A stretch of 64,000 bases of DNA, from contig JBAZWU010000004.1 of NCBI GenBank assembly GCA_041660185.1, positions 96,878 through 160,877 of the forward strand. The letters run 5' to 3'. The notes beneath the pieces are model-generated. The model had not been told where the DNA came from. It searched no databases and saw only the letters and a list, made by a program, of their open reading frames with translations. This DNA is from Elusimicrobiota bacterium (GTDB lineage Bacteria > Elusimicrobiota > Elusimicrobia > 2-01-FULL-59-12). Made by a program: the position numbers and the translations under genes. Below, piece after piece: positions 57,585 to 64,000 of the stretch (positions within the stretch are counted from its first letter, which is position 1; each line of letters begins with the position of its first letter).

Positions 57585-59645
57585 ATGCCGCGGGAGCCGA
57601 TGTTTGATGCCCATTTTGAGAAGTTCCTTGACTTAATTGATCAGGAACGGAAAGCCGAACAGGCTGAAAACGAGCGCAAGCTGGATTTGCTGCCGGTTCA
57701 GGCGCGTGAGGCGCTGGGCAAGGCCATCACCCGCCTGGTGGTGGTCCGCGAAGACTTCGGCGTCGGAGGGCATCCCTTATGGGTCCTCTCCCGCCCTTCC
57801 GCCGGAGAAGAATACTCCCCGTTCCAGGCGCTGAACCAAGGCGACCTGGTCAATCTCACCTTTGCAGAGAATCCCGAAAACCGGATCAAAGGCACGCTCT
57901 ACGATGTGGATCAATTCGAAGTCACCGTGGCGCTGAACGGCCCGATGCTGGATGAAGCGCCCAAGGGAAAATGTCAGCTCGATATCCTGGGAAGTGAAGC
58001 GACGTACAAGCGGATGAAGAAGGCGCTGAACACGGTGATGAGCGCCGACAAACCGTCTGTGGAACATCTCCGTGATGTTTTAATGGGAAAAGAGAAACCT
58101 TCCTATCAGGGATACGAAAGTATTTTCCCGTCATCCCCGAGTGTCTCTGTCGGGGATCCATCATGCCGTCTGACAGCCTGTCTGGATTCCCCGCCAGTGA
58201 CCGCGGGGAATGACGCAAGAGAAACGACCACAAGAGACGATGGAGGTGCTCCTCGCAATGACATCTCTTTCTTTAACCTCCGCCTGAATCCTTACCAGCG
58301 GGAAGCCGTTGAAAAAGCGCTGGCCGCGCAGGATGTCGCGGTGGTGCATGGCCCCCCCGGCACGGGAAAGACGACCGTCCTCGTGGAGATCGTCCAGCAG
58401 GCGGTGGCCCGCGGCGCGCGTGTGCTGGCTTCGGCCCCGAGCAATATCGCGGTGGATAACCTGCTGGAGAAGCTGCTGGACACCGGCTTACGGGTGGTCC
58501 GGATGGGACATCCGGCGCGCATTCTGGATTCTCTGCGGCATGCCACGCTCTCGGCTCTGGTGACCGAACATGATGATCAGCGCCACATTCAGGAATTGGA
58601 CCAGCAGCGCGAGCGCCTGATCCGCCAGCTCCACCGCGGCCGCGGCATGGAATGGGCGGAGCGAAAGCAGATCCAGCGCGAGATCCAGGCGCTCTGGCAG
58701 GAGGCGCGAGACATCGAGTTCGGCATCGGCAAACAGATCCTGGCGCAGGCGGATGTCGTCCTGGCCACGCACGGCGGCATCGCCAAGCCGATCCTCAAAA
58801 AACCGTTCGATCTCCTGATCATGGATGAAGCGTCCCAGGCCACCGAACCCCTCTCGTGGATTCCCATTCTCCAGGCGAAGAAAGTCATCATCGCCGGCGA
58901 TCCGCTGCAGCTGCCTCCGACGATCTATTCCGAAGAGACCAAAAAACAGGGCCTGGGCGTGACCCTTATGGAGCGCCTCCAGAAAATCCTTCCGCCGGAG
59001 GGGCAGACGCTCTTGCGCATCCAGTACCGGATGCATGAAACCATCATGGGTTTTTCCTCCCGGCAGTTCTATGACGGGAAGCTGGAGGCCGACGACTCGG
59101 TGCGGCGGCACACCGCCTCCGAGATGCCGGATGTGACGACCAACGCGCTGACGCAGAACCCCCTGATGTTCGTGGACACCGCGGGCGCCGGCTACGAAGA
59201 GTCCTGGAATGAACTGCTCGAGAGCCGTGAAAACGAGGGCGAAGCGAAACTCGCGCTCTATTTGTATCAGCAGCTGCGCGAAAGCGGGATCGTAGCCCGG
59301 GCCATGGCGCTGCTCACGCCGTATGTGGCGCAGGCGCGTTTGTTGCGGAACCTCGTCGGCCCTGACCGTTCGATCGAGATCGGCAGCATCGACGGCTTCC
59401 AGGGGCGCGAAAAGGAAGTAGTGATCCTGTCGCTGGTCCGGAGCAACCACCGCGGGGAAGTCGGTTTTCTCGGCGACACGCGGCGCATGAACGTGGGCAT
59501 GACGCGCGCCCGGCGCCTGCTGATCGTCCTAGGGGACTCCACGACCCTGGCCCGGCACCCGTTTTATAACCAGTTCATCGAATACGCCGATGCCCACGAG
59601 GCCCATCATTCCGCCTGGGAATGGATAAACGAAGCGCGGTTTTGA
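57585..59645 (+). CDS. superfamily 1 (Upf1/DNA2/IGHMBP2-like) helicase carrying an in-frame family 4 MITE insertion
   Basis: Motifs LNPYQREAV, GPPGTGKT, DEASQ, GDPLQLPP, QYRMHETI, GFQGREK. Residues SPSVSVGDPSCRLTACLDSPPVTAGND are the translation of the repeat. Confidence 0.8.
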   Translation: MPREPMFDAHFEKFLDLIDQERKAEQAENERKLDLLPVQAREALGKAITRLVVVREDFGVGGHPLWVLSRPSAGEEYSPFQALNQGDLVNLTFAENPENRIKGTLYDVDQFEVTVALNGPMLDEAPKGKCQLDILGSEATYKRMKKALNTVMSADKPSVEHLRDVLMGKEKPSYQGYESIFPSSPSVSVGDPSCRLTACLDSPPVTAGNDARETTTRDDGGAPRNDISFFNLRLNPYQREAVEKALAAQDVAVVHGPPGTGKTTVLVEIVQQAVARGARVLASAPSNIAVDNLLEKLLDTGLRVVRMGHPARILDSLRHATLSALVTEHDDQRHIQELDQQRERLIRQLHRGRGMEWAERKQIQREIQALWQEARDIEFGIGKQILAQADVVLATHGGIAKPILKKPFDLLIMDEASQATEPLSWIPILQAKKVIIAGDPLQLPPTIYSEETKKQGLGVTLMERLQKILPPEGQTLLRIQYRMHETIMGFSSRQFYDGKLEADDSVRRHTASEMPDVTTNALTQNPLMFVDTAGAGYEESWNELLESRENEGEAKLALYLYQQLRESGIVARAMALLTPYVAQARLLRNLVGPDRSIEIGSIDGFQGREKEVVILSLVRSNHRGEVGFLGDTRRMNVGMTRARRLLIVLGDSTTLARHPFYNQFIEYADAHEAHHSAWEWINEARF
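58130..58214. repeat. MITE-like element, family 4, located inside the helicase ORF
   Basis: GTCATCCCC...GGGGAATGAC with the same internal hairpins as the intergenic copies. Only the gene frame is free of stop codons. Confidence 0.8.
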
Positions 59646-59758
59646 TAGGATAGCAACGCTCAAATGCCCTTCGACTTCGCTCAGGGCTATGGTGAGTGGA
59701 GCCCTTCGACAGGCTCAGGGTGCTGAGCGAAAGTCGAAGCACAAAGCGGAATCGAACC

Positions 59759-61099
59759 ATGCCGAAAACATTCATCCTCGACACGAACGTCCTCATCCAC
59801 GATCCGGAAGCTCTATTTACATTTGAAGGCAGTACCGTTGTTATCCCGCTCACGGTTGTTGAAGAGCTGGACGGTTTAAAGCGGGGACACGATACCCGCA
59901 GCCGGAACGCCCGCTCAGTGTCCCGTTACTTGAACGATCTCCGCCAGCACGGCAAGCTGTCCGAAGGAGTTCCGCTCGAACATGGAGGGCGTCTGCGGGT
60001 CGAAGTGGCCGCGCACGCCGCTCTTCCTCCGCTTTTTGCTGATCACTCAAAGGACAACTCCATTTTGGGAACCGCGCTGGCCCTGTCGCAAAAGGGCGAA
60101 AGCGTTGTTTTCATCACCAAGGACATCAACCTGCGCATCAAGGCCGAAGCCATCGGCCTGACCGCCGAAGATTACGAAAAAGAAAAAGTCTCTCCGGACC
60201 AGCTCTACTCCGGGTGGCGGGACCTGCTGGTCCCCTCGTCTCAGATCGATCAATTTTTCAAAACCAAACGCCTGGACCCGCCTCCCTTGAAGCCGGTGCC
60301 GGGATCACCGGACGGCACCGTGGTGAAGTGGATGCCCAATGAAATGGCGATTTTGCACAGCCAGGAGGGGGATTCGCAAAGCGCTTTGGTCCGATACGAC
60401 GCCAAGACCCAGAAAATGCTTCCACTGCTTCATGCCAATGCCAAGCCGTGGGGGCTCAAGCCCCAGAACACCGAGCAGAAGTTCGCGCTGGAGCTTCTCC
60501 TGGATCCCAAGGTGGAGCTGGTATCCCTCGTGGGGGTCCCCGGAGCCGGCAAAACGCTTCTAGCCCTGGCCGCGGCTCTGGAGCAGATCCTGACGGAAAA
60601 AACCTACCGCCGGCTGCTCGTGGCGCGGCCGGTGATCGCGGTCGGGCAGGATATCGGTTTTCTCCCCGGCACGAAAGAAGATAAGCTGGAAAGCTGGATG
60701 GGGGCCATCTACGACAACCTGAATTTCCTCATGGACAATCCCGACAACCCGGGGACGGCTGACGAGGAAGAAGGATCGTTGTTTGAATCCGGCAAGATTG
60801 TGGTGGAAGCGGTAACGTTTATGCGGGGCCGCAGCCTGCCGAACCAGTTCATCATCATCGACGATGCCCAGAACCTGACGCCCCACGAAATGAAGACGGT
60901 CATCTCCCGCGTCGGCCAGGGATCCAAGATCGTGGTGACCGGAGATCCCTATCAGATCGACAATCCCTACCTGGATTCGGCGTCCACGGGGCTGGCGAAC
61001 CTGGTTGAAAAATTCAAAGGCCAGCTCGTTTACGGCCACATGACCTTCTCGAAGATTGAGCGCAGCACGCTGGCGGCGCTGGCCTCCGATTTGTTGTAG
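59759..61099 (+). CDS. PIN-domain–PhoH-like ATPase (YlaK/PhoH2-type)
   Basis: N-terminal PIN (ILDTNVLIHD...), Walker A GVPGAGKTLLA, a PhoH C-terminal region. The stop codon TAG is the GTAG of the downstream REP. Confidence 0.8.
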   Translation: MPKTFILDTNVLIHDPEALFTFEGSTVVIPLTVVEELDGLKRGHDTRSRNARSVSRYLNDLRQHGKLSEGVPLEHGGRLRVEVAAHAALPPLFADHSKDNSILGTALALSQKGESVVFITKDINLRIKAEAIGLTAEDYEKEKVSPDQLYSGWRDLLVPSSQIDQFFKTKRLDPPPLKPVPGSPDGTVVKWMPNEMAILHSQEGDSQSALVRYDAKTQKMLPLLHANAKPWGLKPQNTEQKFALELLLDPKVELVSLVGVPGAGKTLLALAAALEQILTEKTYRRLLVARPVIAVGQDIGFLPGTKEDKLESWMGAIYDNLNFLMDNPDNPGTADEEEGSLFESGKIVVEAVTFMRGRSLPNQFIIIDDAQNLTPHEMKTVISRVGQGSKIVVTGDPYQIDNPYLDSASTGLANLVEKFKGQLVYGHMTFSKIERSTLAALASDLL

Positions 61100-61211
61100 G
61101 GGCGCACCGCTGTGCGCCCGCCCATCCAATTCAGTGTGAATACCCTAACATCATTCTGCTCCGATGTTTTCATCTAACGTCTTGATCGGGCGCACAGCGG
61201 TGCGCCCCTAC
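61096..61211. repeat. REP family 1 doublet (68-bp spacer)
   Basis: GTAGGGGCGCACCGCTGTGCGCCC ... GGGCGCACAGCGGTGCGCCCCTAC. Confidence 0.85.
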
Positions 61212-62663
61212 ATTCTCACGTTGATCGTCCTGGGAATCGGCACCTTCCTCCGCTTCCATGCCCTGGACCGTCAAAGCCTCTGGGACGATGAGATGTCCAC
61301 GCTCCAGACGATCTCAACCCCTCGGAGTGAGTTGATTCATCGTTTCCAGACCTACGAAATCCACCCGCCGCTGTATTTCTTTCAGATGAAGCTCTGGCAA
61401 AAAGCCGGGGCACGCTCGCTGGTCAATTTCCGCGCCAACTCGGCTTGCTGGGGCACGCTGTCCCTGCTTTTGATCTTCCTTCTGGGGCGCCGTTACGGCG
61501 GGCCCTGGGCCGGTTTGTGGGCGAGCGCCTATGCGGCTTTTTCACCCTATCACTTGTCCTACAGCCAGGAAATCCGTCCGTATGCGTTGGCCATCGTGAT
61601 CGCGTTGGCTGCGCTGTTAGTCTTGGAACAAGTGGTTATAGGGGACGTAGTTGCCTTTTTGCCTTATTGGCGAAAAAAAACAATAAGGCAAAAAGGCAAC
61701 TACGTCCCCTATGTTCCCTATGTTTCTTTATGGGTGATCCTTACGATCCTCTGGACCGCCCAGTTTTTCACGCATTACTGGGGCGCCTTTGTAGTATCCG
61801 CGCAAGCCCTCTATGCCTGGACGCGGCTGCTGGAGCGCCCGGCACGGATGCGGCTCCTCCGATCCGTGCTGATCGCGGGGGGATTGTTCTGCCTCTGGCT
61901 ACCGATTCTGTTGGCCCAGATGGAGGTTGTTCCAGCGCTGTCTTTCTGGGTGCCTCGCTTTTCATTCGCCAGTCTTTTGCAAACGTTCGGGGCGTTCAGC
62001 GGAATCTACTTTAATATGGCCTCCAGCACGTTTTACCTGCCCACGGTTACCGGCATTTTTGCTCTGCTGGCGCTGGCGCACGGCTTGGCGCTCGTGCACG
62101 GGCTTCGCCGCGGTCCCTCCGCGTTACGGTACTGGCTGTGTGTCGGACTGGCGATTCCCTGCCTGATCAGTCTCTGGAAACCAGCCATTTTTCTCTGGTA
62201 CCGCTACACGTTCCATCTGTACCCGGCTTTTTGCCTCCTGTTGGTTCTGGGGGCCTTGCGATGGCGGCCGCGCGCTCTGGGGATTCTGCTGCTCGCCACC
62301 TGCCTGGGGACGCAACTCTGGGGAAGCGCGATCTATTTTACCCGGTGGCAGAAGGCCAACCCGAAAGCGGTTGTTTCCTATATCCACTGGCTCCGGCAGC
62401 CGGAATCGATCGTGGTCCGGCCTTTTTACTTTGCCAGGCTTTTTCAGTTTTATGACCAGGGGACCCTTCCGGTCATCGACCAGCACCTGCTGGACAGCGT
62501 GGAGAAGCGCGCGGCGCTGAAGGGGAAGAAGATCATCCTGGTCGCTTTTAATGTCCCGTATGACCCGGTGACGGACGCCCTGCTCAGTGAATTTAAGGTG
62601 GTCTCCGCGCAAAATTTCCCGGGCCTGGCGCGTCTGGGGATCACCGTCTATCAGCTGGAATAG
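61164..62663 (+). CDS. GT39/GT83-like (ArnT/PMT-type) membrane glycosyltransferase-family protein carrying an in-frame REP family 2 insertion
   Basis: Multi-TM protein with an N-terminal DDE-type loop (RQSLWDDEMSTLQ). The track start at 61164 translates the REP1, so the true start is probably near 61216. The repeat element sits at 61638-61712. Confidence 0.6.
   Translation: MFSSNVLIGRTAVRPYILTLIVLGIGTFLRFHALDRQSLWDDEMSTLQTISTPRSELIHRFQTYEIHPPLYFFQMKLWQKAGARSLVNFRANSACWGTLSLLLIFLLGRRYGGPWAGLWASAYAAFSPYHLSYSQEIRPYALAIVIALAALLVLEQVVIGDVVAFLPYWRKKTIRQKGNYVPYVPYVSLWVILTILWTAQFFTHYWGAFVVSAQALYAWTRLLERPARMRLLRSVLIAGGLFCLWLPILLAQMEVVPALSFWVPRFSFASLLQTFGAFSGIYFNMASSTFYLPTVTGIFALLALAHGLALVHGLRRGPSALRYWLCVGLAIPCLISLWKPAIFLWYRYTFHLYPAFCLLLVLGALRWRPRALGILLLATCLGTQLWGSAIYFTRWQKANPKAVVSYIHWLRQPESIVVRPFYFARLFQFYDQGTLPVIDQHLLDSVEKRAALKGKKIILVAFNVPYDPVTDALLSEFKVVSAQNFPGLARLGITVYQLE
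61638..61712. repeat. REP family 2 complete inverted pair inside the GT39-like ORF (75 bp)
   Basis: ATAGGGGACGTAGTTGCCTTTTTGCC...GGCAACTACGTCCCCTAT. It is translated as VIGDVVAFLPYWRKKTIRQKGNYVPYV. Confidence 0.8.
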
Positions 62664-62708
62664 CGGGCCTGATCGACGCCGGAAGCGGGTATAATTAGTT
62701 TACAGCCC

Positions 62709-62804
62709 GTCATCCCCGGTCGTCACCCCCGAATGTCTCTGTCGGGGGTCTAAGCAGCCGTTACGTCAGGAGTAGATTCCCCGCCAACGACCGCGGGGAA
62801 TGAC
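62709..62804. repeat. MITE-like element, family 4
   Basis: Its right terminus GGGGAATGACAGAGG supplies the Shine-Dalgarno 5 nt before the ATG of the next gene. Confidence 0.75.
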
Positions 62805-62813
62805 AGAGGAAAA

Positions 62814-63929
62814 ATGGATATTAAACGCATCGATGAGGTGGAGTTCCTTCAGCTGAAAGAGGAGTGGAACACCCTCTTAGGCCGGAGTTCTGCCGATAAT
62901 GTATTTCTCCGCTGGGAGTGGATGTACACCTGGTGGGAGATTTTCAAAAAACAGCGGACGCTGTTTATCCTGACGGTCCGGCACGAAGGCCGTCTCGTTG
63001 GGGTTGCCCCTTTTTATATAGAACCCGCGATTTTCCCGATGCCCCGTCGTCTCCGCTTCTGCTCAGAGGAACTGTCTCCCGATTACATGGACATTATCGC
63101 GGAGAGGGGGCAGGAAGCGGGAGTCCTGTCAGGGATCGTAAAATTCATCCGGCAGTGCGGCCGCGAGTGGGATGTCATCGCGTTGGACAATCTGCTCGAG
63201 GGGTCTCTTCTCCTGAGCGATCTTTCTCTCTTCAGCGATTATGCGGTCGTCAAAGAGGCCACCCATGTCTGCCCCTATGTGAAAATCACCGGTTCTTTCG
63301 ATGAATATTATAAGGCCCGGCCGGAACTCGTCAGCTTCAAGCTTGTCAAGAAACTGAATAAACTGCGCGATCAAATGAATGTCGTTCACCGCATTATCCG
63401 CGACGAAGACGTTCTTTCCAAAGGAATTGACGATTTATTTGATCTGCATGAAAAAAGGGCCGGAGACAAGCACATGCATTCCAGTTTTCTCTCGGCCGAC
63501 ATCAAACGGTTCCACCAGGACGTCAGCCGTCTCTTTCTGAAAGAGGGACTGCTGAATTTCCATTTTCTCTACAGCGGAGACACCCCCGTCACCGCCCGCT
63601 ATGGGTTCATTTACAAGAACAAAGCCTATTGCTATCAGAACGGTTTTGATCCAGAGTGGAAAAAGTGGAGCGTTGGCGCTGTCCTGACACTCCTCGTCAT
63701 TGAACAGGCTTTTAAAGACAGGCTGGATGAATTCGATTTTTTAAAAGGGGCCGAAAGCTACAAGAGTCTCTGGTCCAACGGAGTACGCGAGGAAATGCTG
63801 CTGATTATTTTTAACGGGAGCCTGCGCGGTTCTTTATGCCGGAAGATGGCTGATCTGAAATCCGCTTTAAGAAGCGCGAAACACGTCGTACTGCATCCCT
63901 CAATGCGGGGACCCCACCCTCCGGCGTAA
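62814..63929 (+). CDS. GNAT-fold acetyltransferase-like protein (FemAB/CelD/BioF2-like, Acetyltransf_6-type)
   Basis: N-terminal WNTLLGRSSADNVFLRWEWMYTWWEIF is typical of this family. Confidence 0.55.
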   Translation: MDIKRIDEVEFLQLKEEWNTLLGRSSADNVFLRWEWMYTWWEIFKKQRTLFILTVRHEGRLVGVAPFYIEPAIFPMPRRLRFCSEELSPDYMDIIAERGQEAGVLSGIVKFIRQCGREWDVIALDNLLEGSLLLSDLSLFSDYAVVKEATHVCPYVKITGSFDEYYKARPELVSFKLVKKLNKLRDQMNVVHRIIRDEDVLSKGIDDLFDLHEKRAGDKHMHSSFLSADIKRFHQDVSRLFLKEGLLNFHFLYSGDTPVTARYGFIYKNKAYCYQNGFDPEWKKWSVGAVLTLLVIEQAFKDRLDEFDFLKGAESYKSLWSNGVREEMLLIIFNGSLRGSLCRKMADLKSALRSAKHVVLHPSMRGPHPPA

Positions 63930-64000
63930 CGCTTTCCGGCAGATCGCTGAGGTTTGGTTCATGAGCTTGTGCCAGGTAAATTCCGCAACGTCCGTGGCCA

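Noticed and set aside
1-64000. CRISPR arrays, rRNA and tRNA genes
   Set aside because: No regularly spaced direct repeats with unique spacers. No rRNA-like stretches. No convincing tRNA cloverleaf: a GGTTCGTGATTCC T-loop-like string at about 12400 lies inside the ABC permease gene. The tandem motifs at 16381-16480 are operator half-sites, not a CRISPR array.

Overview
This is a high-GC (about 60%) bacterial chromosomal segment, gene-dense on both strands, with no rRNA, tRNA or CRISPR array that I could support. Most of the coding content is housekeeping:

- aspS, the phoH–ybeY–corC operon and recO
- glyQ/glyS, mdh and coaX
- typA and a cold-shock gene with a long leader
- a MarR-controlled TolC/HlyD/ABC-2 efflux operon
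- a peptidoglycan-peptide recycling pair (NlpC/P60 peptidase plus dipeptide epimerase)
- an orphan PilB/GspE ATPase next to a zinc-ribbon–GAF–HD-GYP protein
- an envelope operon ending in a 1964-aa surface protein with a type IX-style C-terminal sorting domain, followed by a PorV-like barrel
- a large hybrid histidine kinase

The window is most unusual for its load of short palindromic DNA elements. I can see at least five unrelated families and about 25 copies in 64 kb:

- Two REP-like hairpin families. One of them flanks an IS200-like HUH tyrosine transposase with a DnaA-C-like C-terminal domain, which fits the RAYT/REPtron arrangement.
- Two MITE-like families with terminal inverted repeats.
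- One family of roughly 190-bp long hairpins whose copies differ by compensatory base changes.

Two of these elements sit inside protein-coding genes, in frame and without stops (an SF1 helicase and a GT39-like membrane protein). Several others carry the Shine-Dalgarno sequence or sit in the 5' UTR of the next gene. Many predicted N-terminal extensions in the ORF track are translations of these repeats.

Other points worth a second look are:

- a standalone TIR-like small protein after a 660-bp non-coding stretch
- an orphan HigA-like HTH gene preceded by a perfect palindrome and an array of GTGTCTCA half-sites
- a TumE/TumA-like two-gene module
- an alpha/beta hydrolase cut by an in-frame TAA just before its catalytic histidine
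- a 12-cysteine secreted small protein
- a REP-flanked cluster of three NTPases (a DUF4143 AAA ATPase, a Upf1-like helicase and a PIN-PhoH protein)

All calls rest on reading the sequence and the ORF translations only. No database search was run.
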